Shown piece by piece: positions 44,301 through 54,689 of a DNA stretch of 64,000 nt. This DNA comes from an uncultured Acidimicrobiia bacterium. Its GTDB lineage: Bacteria > Acidobacteriota > Terriglobia > Versatilivoradales > Versatilivoraceae. The notes under the pieces were generated by a model, which was given only the letters and a program-made list of their open reading frames with translations, was not told where the DNA came from and did not search any database. The stretch lies in assembly GCA_963810905.1 (NCBI GenBank), contig CAWEPG010000006.1:406824-470823 (forward strand), written 5' to 3'. Numbering within the stretch: the first letter of the stretch is position 1; every line of letters starts with the position of its first letter. The translations under genes were made by a program, and so were the position numbers.

Positions 44301-44790
44301 CTCTTATGTCATCAACAACTATTGGCATACTAATTTCCGTCGTGTTCAGGGAGGCGACTACACCTACCGCTATGTGCTGACCAGCGATCGAGAACTCTCG
44401 CCTGAACAGTTGTCCCGTTTTGGACGCGCTGCGATGACACCACTCGAGTTCGGCGTGCTGCAGGGGTTTGATAAGTTTGGCAACCCTGACGTCCCGCTCA
44501 AGCCGGATCCGGTTAGCTTCCTGAAGCTTGAGGCTCCCAATGTGGTCGTGGAGAACTGGAAGGCTGCCGAAGACGGTCAGGGGACAATCGTCCGCCTCCT
44601 CGAGGTGGGTGGGCGGGAAGTTTCAACCCACCTAGCCTTCCCCTTATCAAAGATTCAAAAGGCCTGGCGGACCAATGCCGTGGAAGAGAACCAGTCCGAG
44701 CTGATGGTGACGGCTGATGGAGTTGAGGTCATGATCAAGCCACATGAGATCTTAACGATGCGGGTGATGGGAAAATCGTTGGTCTATTAA
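41319..44790 (+). pseudogene. GH38-like alpha-mannosidase (fourth copy), fragmented into five frames by about four frameshifts
   Basis: ORFs 41274..41708, 41377..42066, 42047..42352, 42300..43904 and 43786..44790 are collinear. The GH38 catalytic N-terminal motif (TIFVTPHQHLDIGYTDYQ) and C-terminal blocks shared with copy 1 (RRVQGGDYTYRYVLTSD against AQGGDYLFRYAMTTHG) are present. The ATG at 41319 follows AGGAGG, and a signal peptide is present. Confidence 0.65.
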
Positions 44791-44811
44791 GTCGAAAAGG
44801 ATAAAGAAAAC

Positions 44812-47076
44812 ATGAACTCAAGAATCCGGCAAAATGAAACTCACAAAAACCTCGCGTGCTGGGTCATCGTGGTATTCATTTCCATTTTGTGGATGGGAAC
44901 TTCACGAGCCGAGTCCAGTCTCGATCCATCGAACACGATCTCCAACTCGATTCCACACATCCTTACCCCTGAGATGTTGCGAATGCCGCGGGCCCAAATG
45001 GCTTTCACAGATGACCAGTTGCGGTTGTTTAACGGACGTGGCGCTGTTTATGTCCAAGAATACACGCTTACCGGTCTGCATAACATTCTCTTTCTTCCCA
45101 TCAATTGTCCGGATTACAACTTCAACCTGGATTTTCTGGACAAAAGGAGTGGCACGTTGATCCAGGACGATGTCGCGGATATGTGGAAGGACTACTTGAA
45201 TCATGGGAAGAGCTTTGATCCGCTAGGTTCAAACTTTCGGCCCAACTCTCCGACCTTGCTGGTCAGCCAGGACGAGATCTGGCAGCCGAATCTCTACCAC
45301 CGCACCGGAACATTCCACAAAATCTACAGCGGGCGCTGGGTGTCCTTTGCCATAGAAACAAAATCCTCTGTTTCTGCCCGGCTTGATGAGATCTATCTGG
45401 AAGTCAAAATCACAAACCGAAGAAATGAGCCCCTCGAACTGGCCCTTCTTCCAAAGCAGGATGCGACCCGGCTGGCCAAGGAAACAGCGGAAGGTTCTGC
45501 CGAAGTGAAAAAGCATGATCCATTCCAACTGGAAAGCGAACAAGCCAGAATCAGTCTTGTGAGCACATTACCCCAGCGAACAGAAAAAGGCTGGGACTGG
45601 ACGATTCCTCCTTCCGGATCGGCGACGGCCACCTTTGCCTTTCTCCTTCAATCGGCCAAAGACAAAGCCCCTGATTTGTATCAAAACGATATTCCCGATC
45701 GCATGAAGCAGGCCGACCAGGATACGCGAACACGGTTACGCTGGGCCGCCGACCGTCTTCCAGTCGTAACGAGCAACTATCCTAAGCTGCAGGAATTTTA
45801 CAACCGCTGTCTCTTAAGCGTCATGGAGTGCCGCTGGGAGCGGGATGAATTCAACCTTAATCCTTTCTGGGCGGTGGGCACTTGGATCTTCACGATTACA
45901 TGGGACAATTCCTTCAGCGCCAATGTCTTGAGTATGCTGGACCCGAAGAGCATGCGTGAAGCCATTATCATTCCTTTCAAAGAAGGGAAAATGAAACGGA
46001 CCTACATAAGTCCACGCGGAGCCGAAGGCGACATCCTTTATTTGCAGGAGCCTTTCGCGTTGCTCATGATGCTGAATGCTTATCTCAAGCAGACTGGCGA
46101 CGTCGCCTTTTTGGACTATAAGCTGGAAGGGTTGACCATTTATGAATGGATGAAGAAATGGGGAATCGTTTTGCACGATGAATATGGCCGGCCCGAGGAC
46201 GGATTGATTGATGTCGGGCTGAACACTGAAAAAATCGTGGAGATCCGGACTGATGGTTACTGCAACGTGGTCCCTGTAATGAATGGCCTGACGGTTTGGC
46301 TCTATCAGCATTTGGCCGCGTGGGGAAAAGAAAGAAAGGATCCCGAGTCTGAAAAATTCGAACTCTACGCTGAGCAACTCTCCCGCTCCTTCCACCACAA
46401 ACTATGGAATGAAAAAGCCGGTTGGTTCGATAACCTCTTTCCCGACGGAAGCCGCGAACTGGTCTATTCCTATCATCTGTATGACCTGCTGGGGACCACG
46501 GTTCTCACCAACGGCGAGAGGGAACGGGTGATTTCACAGATTAAGGAAGGTGAATTCTTGGGGAAATTTGGGATGTATTCGATTTCAAAAAAGGATCGAG
46601 TCCACTGGGATTTGATTGATGCGGATTGGGGTGGGGGCGGACAATACCCGGGCATGCCGCTGCAAATTGCTCTGTCTTTGTATCGAACTGGTCATGCTGA
46701 ATTGGGATGGGATATCTTGAAACGATTCATGAATTACATCGATTACTTCCCCTATATCCCTCAAAATCCCAGGACCGACCGTGCCGAACAAGATATGTCT
46801 TCGATGCCCCTGGAGATCTCATCGGGGGCAGGGATCGAGGCGATTCTATTCGGGATCTTCGGGTTGAATCCCCAAGTTGACGGGACCCTAGAAATATCTC
46901 CCTCCTATCATCATGAATATAAAAATGCCGTCATGCGAGACTACCACTTTAGAGGACATTTCTATGATGTGGAGATGCAGTACAATAGCTTCAAAGTTCT
47001 TCGGGACGGGACAGTTCTCGGTGAATATCCATACGGTCGTAAGATGACCATCGCCAAGTCTGGGGGAGTTTTCTGA
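44812..47076 (+). CDS. hypothetical secreted protein, possible (alpha/alpha)6 glycoside hydrolase (candidate rhamnosidase or mannosidase, unresolved)
   Basis: A signal peptide or TM segment (LACWVIVVFISILWMGTSRA) is present. The C-terminal half has a six-hairpin-like pattern (DWGGGGQYPGMPLQIALSLYRTGHAELGWDIL). It sits immediately downstream of the fourth GH38 gene. Confidence 0.4.
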   Translation: MNSRIRQNETHKNLACWVIVVFISILWMGTSRAESSLDPSNTISNSIPHILTPEMLRMPRAQMAFTDDQLRLFNGRGAVYVQEYTLTGLHNILFLPINCPDYNFNLDFLDKRSGTLIQDDVADMWKDYLNHGKSFDPLGSNFRPNSPTLLVSQDEIWQPNLYHRTGTFHKIYSGRWVSFAIETKSSVSARLDEIYLEVKITNRRNEPLELALLPKQDATRLAKETAEGSAEVKKHDPFQLESEQARISLVSTLPQRTEKGWDWTIPPSGSATATFAFLLQSAKDKAPDLYQNDIPDRMKQADQDTRTRLRWAADRLPVVTSNYPKLQEFYNRCLLSVMECRWERDEFNLNPFWAVGTWIFTITWDNSFSANVLSMLDPKSMREAIIIPFKEGKMKRTYISPRGAEGDILYLQEPFALLMMLNAYLKQTGDVAFLDYKLEGLTIYEWMKKWGIVLHDEYGRPEDGLIDVGLNTEKIVEIRTDGYCNVVPVMNGLTVWLYQHLAAWGKERKDPESEKFELYAEQLSRSFHHKLWNEKAGWFDNLFPDGSRELVYSYHLYDLLGTTVLTNGERERVISQIKEGEFLGKFGMYSISKKDRVHWDLIDADWGGGGQYPGMPLQIALSLYRTGHAELGWDILKRFMNYIDYFPYIPQNPRTDRAEQDMSSMPLEISSGAGIEAILFGIFGLNPQVDGTLEISPSYHHEYKNAVMRDYHFRGHFYDVEMQYNSFKVLRDGTVLGEYPYGRKMTIAKSGGVF

Positions 47077-47370
47077 AATCGAGTACTCGGGAACAAAGGC
47101 CTTGAATGAACGCGGGTAGATACGAATGACTTACGGTCTCACTGGCCTCAATACTCCAAAAGGACTGTTGGAGGCCCGACTCCGCCAGTCGTCGGATGAG
47201 ACCGTTTTAGGTTTGCAGGGAAAGCGGCGTTGCAGAGCTCCGGCCTCCAGCTGATTCAGCGCTGTTGGAGGGTTCGAGTTCCACGAGGCTGAGTACTATG
47301 AGCCAGTGGAAAGTGGAGTGGTTGACACACTGTTGTCTCTAATGCCACGGGGGAACAATCTTGCTTTAGT

Positions 47371-47460
47371 AGACACGAGGAATTCGTTTTTCAATTCATC
47401 GTGGGCTTGTGCGTTCGGCCTGGAAAAGCCCCCGGCGAGAAAAGCACTCGCCGCGCCTAT
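47371..47460. repeat. dispersed intergenic repeat, copy 2
   Basis: The sequence cacgaggaattcgtttttcaattcatcgtggg...gaaaagcccccggcgagaaaagcactcgccgcg is homologous to 25119-25205. Confidence 0.5.
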
Positions 47461-47484
47461 CAACCTGAATATTCTCGGAACGAT

Positions 47485-48939
47485 TCAAGCGATGGGTCCT
47501 ATGACTTCTCCGGCGACATCGGTGAGCCGATGCATTCGTCCGTTGTGGAAGTAGGTTAGCTGGGTATGATCCAGTCCGAGGAGATGAAGGATCGTGGCGT
47601 GGAAATCATTTATCGTATGAGGATCGATGGCGGCACGGTAGCCAAAATCGTCGGTCGCTCCGATCACTTGCCCTCCCTTGACTCCTCCGCCAGCAAACCA
47701 AACCGAAAACCCATACGGACTATGGTCTCGGCCAGAGATGGACTGAGAAATGGGCAACCGCCCGAATTCTGTATGCCAGACTACCAAAGTCGAATCCAGC
47801 ATTCCTCGAGCCTTTAAATCTGTGAGAAGTCCTCGGATCGGCTTGTCGATAGCGGCTGCGCGTTTGCGGTGATTTTTTTCAAGATTAGAGTGGGCATCCC
47901 AAGTATCCTCCAGCACGTTGCCTCCTCCGAAGAGTTGGACAAAACGCACTCCCTTTTCGACCAAGCGCCGCGCCAGCAGACAATTTCGGCCGAAGTGTTC
48001 GCATTGGGGATCCTCCATTCCGTAAAGCCTTTTAGTTGCCGCTGTTTCCTGGGATAGCTCGACCACGCTCGGGGCTTCACTTTGCATCCTAAAAGCCAAT
48101 TCATAGGAGGCGATCCTGGCATTAAGCTCAGCATCGGAACCATTCTGTTCAAGGTGAAGCTGATTTAAAGCCTTGATGAAGTCGAGCCGGCTGCGTTGCT
48201 GTTCCTGGTCGACAAATCTAGGGGAAGCCAAATCGACAATAGGATCTCCATGATTCCGGAATGGAGTCCCCTGATACACGCCTGAAAGAAAGCCGGAACT
48301 CCAGGTTTGCGAGCCGCCCATCGGCCCCCCCATGCTGTCGAGAAGAACCACAAAAGCAGGGAGGTTTTGATTTTCAGTCCCTAAGCCGTAAATGCTCCAC
48401 GACCCGAGGCAAGGTCGCCCTGGCTGAATGAATCCGGTCATCATCTGCAAGGTGGCGGGTGTGTGATTGTTGCTCAAAGCATGCATTGAACGGACGACGG
48501 CGATCTCATCAATGCATTCGGCGGTTTGGGCAAACAGTTCAGAGACCTCGATTCCCGATTGGCCGTATTTCTTAAAAGCGAAAGGACTCTGCAAGAAAGT
48601 TCCGGGGTTGGGGAAAAAAGTTTGAATGTTAAGACTTGCAGGAGGAGCTTCAAGATGCCGCTTCGTAAGTTCGACCTTTGGATCAAACGTGTCGAGATGG
48701 CTTGTCCCACCGTTCATAAAGAGAGAGATCACCGATTTCGCTTTGGGTGAAAAATGGGGTTTCTTGGGAAGGAGCGGAGAGACCGTTTCTTCTGGGGCAG
48801 CTAGTAGATTCTCCTGATTGAGGAGGTCACAGAGTGCCACGCCCGCGATTCCTCCACCCAGGTCCCAGAGGAATCTTCTGCGGGAATGAATCTCTCTTTT
48901 GGATGGAGCTTCAATTGATGAAAACAAATTCATTGGCAT
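47485..48939 (-). CDS. DUF1501-domain protein (sulfatase-like fold) with TAT signal
   Basis: A twin-arginine signal (SRRRFLWDLGGGIAGVAL) is present. The conserved C-terminal DUF1501 pattern (HTEFGRLP..GRDH) is there, and the gene overlaps the upstream PSCyt gene by 29 bp. Confidence 0.8.
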   Translation of the reverse strand: MPMNLFSSIEAPSKREIHSRRRFLWDLGGGIAGVALCDLLNQENLLAAPEETVSPLLPKKPHFSPKAKSVISLFMNGGTSHLDTFDPKVELTKRHLEAPPASLNIQTFFPNPGTFLQSPFAFKKYGQSGIEVSELFAQTAECIDEIAVVRSMHALSNNHTPATLQMMTGFIQPGRPCLGSWSIYGLGTENQNLPAFVVLLDSMGGPMGGSQTWSSGFLSGVYQGTPFRNHGDPIVDLASPRFVDQEQQRSRLDFIKALNQLHLEQNGSDAELNARIASYELAFRMQSEAPSVVELSQETAATKRLYGMEDPQCEHFGRNCLLARRLVEKGVRFVQLFGGGNVLEDTWDAHSNLEKNHRKRAAAIDKPIRGLLTDLKARGMLDSTLVVWHTEFGRLPISQSISGRDHSPYGFSVWFAGGGVKGGQVIGATDDFGYRAAIDPHTINDFHATILHLLGLDHTQLTYFHNGRMHRLTDVAGEVIGPIA

Positions 48940-51900
48940 TGAATAAAGAATGACATAGATCCACTAGAGCCGCAATAGCAGGAGAAAGGATTTCGGCAGG
49001 GTCGATCCCAAGCTCCCGGAGCTGGTCATTATGCCGCCCATGATACGCTTGCTGATTCTTCAAAAAGTCAATGCTCACTTGGATTTCTTTTGAGTCGGGA
49101 GGGCGGCTGAAGGCCAACCAAAAGGCCCTTTCGATCTGGGAATGGAGATCTTTCCCGGCGTCATTCCGAACTCGATCCGCAAAGATCACTGACTGGCCGA
49201 CAACGAACTTATTATTAAGCAACTGTAACGCTTGCGGCGCAACCGTTGTATTACTCCGCCTGGGACAAGACGAAATGCTGTCGGGTGGATCAAAGAGATC
49301 CAAAATGGGTGTGGGGGTCGTACGCTTTTGGGTGATGTACACACTTCGCCTCCAGACCTCAGGGCCGTCGCGGGTCACCGGCCAGCGTTGATACAACAAG
49401 CGCGCAACTTCTTTAGGGGTGCTTTCGATAAGTCCGGAGTCCACTTCCGGGAAAATGCCGGGCCCTCCAGCCTTAAGGTTGAGAGAACCGCTGACAGCCA
49501 GCACGGCATCCCGAATGATTTCTCCCTCCAGCCGTCTGATGTGCATTTTCCAGAGCAGCCGGTTTTCCGGATCTTTCTCCTGGTTGACGGGATTGCTGTA
49601 ATTGGAAGATTGCTGGTACGTGGATGAAGACAGGATAAGCCGATGCATGGATTTAATGCTCCACCCCCGGCGGACAAACTCGGTTGCCAGCCAGTCGAGC
49701 AACTCCGGGTGAGTGGGGGTTTCTCCCATACGGCCAAAATCATTCGGGGTGCCGACCAATCCTTTTCCAAAATGATATTGCCAGAGCCGATTGACTATTA
49801 CCCTGGCAGTGAGCGGATTCTCCTCGCTAGCGAGCCACCTGGCCAAAGCTAATCGACGTCCAGTCGTTTGCGCCGTGGATAGCGGTTTAGGCGAGATGAT
49901 CTCATGGCCTGGCTCAGACAATATTTCAAGCGTCCCCGGTTGCATTTCGGACCCCTTGCTCAGGGTACTTCCCCGATGGAGGAAATAACTCTTCGACGGA
50001 ATTGGAGAAGGGTCCGTGATCGCCATCGCTGCAGGCAGGGCGGGTGGTTTGGCTTTTTCTAATTCGTCTATCTTGGCCTTGAGTCCTTCAACTTTCTTTG
50101 ATTCTTCTTTGCTTAGAGCCGCTAATAAATCGGTCTCGCTCACATTTGTCGAAAGCAAGACCTGATCCGCTTGTCGCCTTTGAGCTTCGGTTCTCTGACC
50201 AGGCTCGGTCCGCAAGGCCAACTGTAATGGCTCGGGGAGCTCTTTGTATTTGGCTTCCAGTAAGCGCTGCCTCGTTGGCTTTTGGATTGCCAATATTTCT
50301 TGCTCGAGGCTGTCGATTTGCTGGTCTAATTCGCGGACCTGCTGTTCATGCTGCGCGACTACATGGGCCGGAGCAAGGGGAATATCACTGCGCACACTCG
50401 GAGAAAAAACCGCCACCAAGCGGTAGTAGTCTTTCTGACCGATGGGGTCGTACTTGTGGTTATGGCAGCGCGCACACCCGACCGTAAGACCCAGGAATGT
50501 GGCTGCCGTGGCGGTTACCATGTCATCCAGTTCATCCTGACGGGTCATCTCATTTTGCATGAGCACCATGTCCCCGATGAAAGGCCCATTGCGACAGAAT
50601 CCCAACGCAATGAGAGAATCATAATTCCGGTCAGGCAGTTCATCTCCTGCCAATTGTTCCAGGATGAAGCGGTTGTAGGGCTTATCTTCGTTGAATGCCC
50701 GGATTACGTAATCGCGATAGCGCCAGCTATTCGGCCGAAACCGGTCATATTCGTATCCATCACTGTCGGCGTAGCGAACGACATCGAGCCAATGTCGTGC
50801 CCAGCGCTCTCCATAGCGCTGAGAATCCAATAACCGGTCAATGAGTCTTTCGTACGCATCAAGAGAGGTGTCCTTTACAAACGACTCAACCTCTTCCGGT
50901 TTCGGAGGTAGGCCGAGTAGGTCGAAATAAACGCGCCGGATGAGGGTCTCTTTGGAAGCCGGGGGGGCTGGACGAAGGTTTTTCTTTTCCAGGGCTGCTT
51001 GAATAAAAGCGTCGATGGGGTTCTTCACTCTCCCCGCTTCTCTGACCTGAGGAACCGCGGGTTGCACAGGTTTCTTGAAAGACCACCACTCCCTTTCTTC
51101 CGATCGAATTGGCCGCTCTTCCGATTTCTTGATTTCTACAAGCCTGGCCATTCGTGCTTTCTCAGCTTCTTCAGCCTTAGGTTCCTTTGGCCAACTCGCG
51201 CCTTCAACGATCCACTGGCGAACCAAAGCTACCTCTTCTGCTGGCATAGGGTCGCCCGGGCCTCCTCCTGGACCCAACGGCATATAATCTTTCTCGATTC
51301 GAGCAATTCGCCGGAACAGCCGGCTTTCTTCCGGTTTGCCGGGCACCACAACCGGGCCGTGCCAGCCGCCATTCTGAAATCCCAGGTACGTTTCCAGACT
51401 TAACCCCGAATACTTGCGATCGTTGTTGTGGCAATCTAGGCAACGATTCGAAAAAATAGGGAACACTTTTTCTCGAAAAAAGACTTCATTGGCTGAGAGC
51501 TGCTGGGGTCTTATGGATTCGGTAGTCGTAGCAGGCCCAGCCTCCTTCAACGAAACGGACTCCGGGGGGTTGACTACCTCAGGCCAAATTGCACCCTGCT
51601 CAATCCAGCTCTTAATCAAGGCAACTTCGGCATCCGGTAACGGCTCCCCTTCCATGGGCATGTAGGGCTTTTCCAAACGGGCAATTCTGCGGTAGAGACG
51701 GCTGAGTTGGATATTTCCGGGAACGACGGCAGGGCCATGGGAGCCTCCCTGGCGTAGTCCTTCAGCCGACTCCAACGAGAAGCCTGACATCTTGAGGGCA
51801 TTGTTATGACAAGACTGACAGCGGGTTTCGAAAACCTTGTGGACCTTTGGAAATAAATCCGAAGGAGACTGCTCAATCAGCGCGTTGCCGGATGTTGAAA

Positions 51901-51991
51901 ACGGAAGCGCAAAGGCAATCATCACCCAAAGGCAAATAGCGACGATTGGGAAGGCATTCGGGGTTCTCGATGGGGTTCCAAGGGTTTTCAT
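48911..51991 (-). CDS. PSCyt1/PSCyt2/PSD1 protein (DUF1549/DUF1553, planctomycete-type cytochrome-c-like)
   Basis: Duplicated N-terminal CxxCH-containing PSCyt modules are present (CQSCHNN..SGFSLES, CLDCHNN..SGLSLET). The long DUF1549/DUF1553 body and a signal peptide follow. It is the usual partner of the DUF1501 gene. Confidence 0.8.
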   Translation of the reverse strand: MKTLGTPSRTPNAFPIVAICLWVMIAFALPFSTSGNALIEQSPSDLFPKVHKVFETRCQSCHNNALKMSGFSLESAEGLRQGGSHGPAVVPGNIQLSRLYRRIARLEKPYMPMEGEPLPDAEVALIKSWIEQGAIWPEVVNPPESVSLKEAGPATTTESIRPQQLSANEVFFREKVFPIFSNRCLDCHNNDRKYSGLSLETYLGFQNGGWHGPVVVPGKPEESRLFRRIARIEKDYMPLGPGGGPGDPMPAEEVALVRQWIVEGASWPKEPKAEEAEKARMARLVEIKKSEERPIRSEEREWWSFKKPVQPAVPQVREAGRVKNPIDAFIQAALEKKNLRPAPPASKETLIRRVYFDLLGLPPKPEEVESFVKDTSLDAYERLIDRLLDSQRYGERWARHWLDVVRYADSDGYEYDRFRPNSWRYRDYVIRAFNEDKPYNRFILEQLAGDELPDRNYDSLIALGFCRNGPFIGDMVLMQNEMTRQDELDDMVTATAATFLGLTVGCARCHNHKYDPIGQKDYYRLVAVFSPSVRSDIPLAPAHVVAQHEQQVRELDQQIDSLEQEILAIQKPTRQRLLEAKYKELPEPLQLALRTEPGQRTEAQRRQADQVLLSTNVSETDLLAALSKEESKKVEGLKAKIDELEKAKPPALPAAMAITDPSPIPSKSYFLHRGSTLSKGSEMQPGTLEILSEPGHEIISPKPLSTAQTTGRRLALARWLASEENPLTARVIVNRLWQYHFGKGLVGTPNDFGRMGETPTHPELLDWLATEFVRRGWSIKSMHRLILSSSTYQQSSNYSNPVNQEKDPENRLLWKMHIRRLEGEIIRDAVLAVSGSLNLKAGGPGIFPEVDSGLIESTPKEVARLLYQRWPVTRDGPEVWRRSVYITQKRTTPTPILDLFDPPDSISSCPRRSNTTVAPQALQLLNNKFVVGQSVIFADRVRNDAGKDLHSQIERAFWLAFSRPPDSKEIQVSIDFLKNQQAYHGRHNDQLRELGIDPAEILSPAIAALVDLCHSLFNANEFVFIN

Positions 51992-52467
51992 TCCAGACCA
52001 AGGATTCTTCCGATTTCAGTTTCTATCGAGGAAAGTGATTAGCCTATGCTTCATCTTGATCATGCGGGGAACGAAGAAACCCAAATGAATAATGATCAAT
52101 AAAATTACTTTTGAATTGAATTACATTCAAGGGTAATATACAGCACAATCCTAGTCAAGGGATAGTTCCAAAAGCATAGCCGTGTTCCTCCAATTTTTCA
52201 ACCTCCGACGACCGAAGCAGAGGAAATCAATTTCTAATTTGGAATCACAGGAATCAGTCTCTCGGTTTTTTCTGGAGTCATTCATGGGATCCCAGGTGAT
52301 CAGCCGCATCGAAGTGTGCCAACGATCCCCTGAGAGTGACCTCTTGCAGTCTCCCTTTCCGGGAAGGATCCATAAACTACTTCCGCACTTCAAAGACGGA
52401 GAAGAGAGGCTGGATTCGGAGTATCTCTTTTAGAAGGTTTCAAATCATTAATGCTACAGGAGACGCG

Positions 52468-54618
52468 ATGATAAAGATAATTGCCGCTCCAGCGGCGAGC
52501 ACTAAGGGTGTCACAATTTTGATTTTTTGGTTCTTTTTATTGGGCTATCCGTTTATTTCCAATGCAAAAGCGAGCGATTGTCCAGAAACCGTTACGGCTC
52601 AGATCCGCTTAGAACCGCATCATCCCTGGCGTCCGCCGTTCGATCTGGAACGGGTGGGTCAGGGTTTTACAGCGGTCGTCGAACTTCAGTCTCAAGAACG
52701 TCCGCTGAGGGAGTACTGGCTAGCTGCTTATTCTCAAGGGAAAGAAACAGAGCGCAAGATTATTGCTTTGGCAGGAATTTTCTCAAAGCCGCCATTTGTC
52801 GGGAAGGCCACTTTCGCTCAACCAATGGAAGAATTGGTGCTGTATGCCAAATGCAAATTCCAGGGTGAGGCAGTGGAAATTGGACGCCAAAAAATAGAGA
52901 TTCCCCGGATTGAGGCGGACGCGGTTGCCCGTCCGGAAAAAATAATCAATCCTGTCGATTTGGGGGCGATATTGGTGCCTTACGATTGGTTATTGTTGGC
53001 TGGCGGCCAGAAAGCGAATTTGGAACTCGCAGCGATTTCTTACCACAAGGAGCCGCCTGCTGCCCGGGTATCGGCCTGGTTTGACTCGAGTGCGAGCGAA
53101 AAGGCCGAGCGTGCTTTACAGTGGTCCAGTGGCAAAAAGGTCCAGCTCGTCATGCCGTTGCCTGCCGCCGGTTCGGGCCCTGAAAAAGATATTCTCCAGG
53201 TAGCCATTTGGGATGAGGCAGGGAACAAACTCTGGGGCAAGAAGATCCCAACGATGCGAGTTCGCCAGCCTCCTCGTCTGCCAGAATTTGGCGCGACTGA
53301 AATCAAGCTTCGCTACGATGCTCCCATCTCGGTTCGGGACCCGGCGACTGGAGCACTCTCGAGTATGGACTATGCCACCGCCTGGGACCCCCAACTTCAT
53401 GACGTGGTGGTTTCATTACCCAATGGTTCGCGCTTCGTTTTTTGGCGCGGGTCCAGTTATATCCCATTCTGGGCGGGGAAAAACAATACGGGAATGAGCT
53501 ACGAATGGGCAGAGACGCTTCCTCCCCCGGATGGCTTTATAGATTGCGTCGAACCCTTGATGGATAAGGAACTCCGCTACTCCCGGGTGGAGATTGTTGA
53601 GTCCACCCCGGCTCGCGTGCATGTCCGCTGGAGGTATCAGTCCAATGACTTTGCCTACAAGGTTTGGGGGGACATGCCGGTAGAAGACTATTACTTCTAT
53701 CCGGATGGATTTGGTACGCGGGTACTAAACCTGAAGAGTGCTCCCGGAGCAAGCTATGAGGTCCAGGAATTCATTATTCTGACTCCGCAATCCGCTTTCC
53801 CCTACAAGGTCCTATCTCCCAAAATCGTCGACATTCTCTTTGAGGACGGCCAAAAAAGGGAGATGACCTTTCCTTCCGCGGGCGAGAAGTCTGCCACCAG
53901 TAGTTTGGGAAGGCCGGGGGTGGGCGATCCGCGTGATGTGCCCGCAATATACCGGGTTCGTTTGCACAAAGACGATGTGGGCACGGCCATCTCCTATACC
54001 CCCATCAATACGCTGATGCCCAAGCTATTCGGCCCATTTTATGATCGGGGAGAAATGGTCACCCCCTTTTACTGGGGCAGTCATTGGCCCCTGGCGAGAG
54101 GAAACCTGACGGGGATGGCTATCGATGACCGTATTTACTTGAGTCCTTCTCACAATAGCATCATGACCTGGGGGATGAACAATCACACGCCGGCGTTCTC
54201 GGCGACTCTTCAGACTCAGGACACCTTGGGTCAAGCCAAGACCATGACTTTGCAGCGCTGGTACTGGTTGATTGGTCTGACGGACACTTCCGATCAGCGA
54301 CTGATTGAATGGGCGCAGAGTTTCCGAAATCCTCCGTCGCTGGAATTAGAGGGAGCCCGGCTGGATTTCGACTCCACGGTCCCGGAACGGCGTGCAATGC
54401 GACTGATTGTGGAGAATTCGAAAGTGCGGGTTACCTTAAAGCCTTCGTTTCGCTGTGTGAATCCGGTGTTTGAATTGTTGCAGGCCCCCAAGAACCTGGT
54501 CGCTGTCAGTTTGGGAAATCGCTTGATGAAACCCACGGAATACGCCTGGGATGGGAAGACCCTTTGGCTAGACGCCAACATCGGTGAGACCACGACACTC
54601 TACCTTGAATTTAGATAG
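52468..54618 (+). CDS. secreted hypothetical protein, paralogue B of the 720-aa unknown family
   Basis: The ATG at 52468 is followed by a signal peptide (ILIFWFFLLGYPFISNAKA). It shares about 55-60% identity with 11215..13380 across its full length. Confidence 0.7.
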   Translation: MIKIIAAPAASTKGVTILIFWFFLLGYPFISNAKASDCPETVTAQIRLEPHHPWRPPFDLERVGQGFTAVVELQSQERPLREYWLAAYSQGKETERKIIALAGIFSKPPFVGKATFAQPMEELVLYAKCKFQGEAVEIGRQKIEIPRIEADAVARPEKIINPVDLGAILVPYDWLLLAGGQKANLELAAISYHKEPPAARVSAWFDSSASEKAERALQWSSGKKVQLVMPLPAAGSGPEKDILQVAIWDEAGNKLWGKKIPTMRVRQPPRLPEFGATEIKLRYDAPISVRDPATGALSSMDYATAWDPQLHDVVVSLPNGSRFVFWRGSSYIPFWAGKNNTGMSYEWAETLPPPDGFIDCVEPLMDKELRYSRVEIVESTPARVHVRWRYQSNDFAYKVWGDMPVEDYYFYPDGFGTRVLNLKSAPGASYEVQEFIILTPQSAFPYKVLSPKIVDILFEDGQKREMTFPSAGEKSATSSLGRPGVGDPRDVPAIYRVRLHKDDVGTAISYTPINTLMPKLFGPFYDRGEMVTPFYWGSHWPLARGNLTGMAIDDRIYLSPSHNSIMTWGMNNHTPAFSATLQTQDTLGQAKTMTLQRWYWLIGLTDTSDQRLIEWAQSFRNPPSLELEGARLDFDSTVPERRAMRLIVENSKVRVTLKPSFRCVNPVFELLQAPKNLVAVSLGNRLMKPTEYAWDGKTLWLDANIGETTTLYLEFR

Positions 54619-54689
54619 AGGCACGCCCCAACCGGGAACACTAAGTGAAACTTTTTGAATTGAGCTGAGGAGCAAGGAGGTATTGAGTC

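Noticed and set aside
52182-52433. An 83-aa ORF upstream of paralogue B
   Set aside because: It sits in a non-coding leader that has a TTGAATTGAATTACATTCAA palindrome. It has no homology and is likely a regulatory region.
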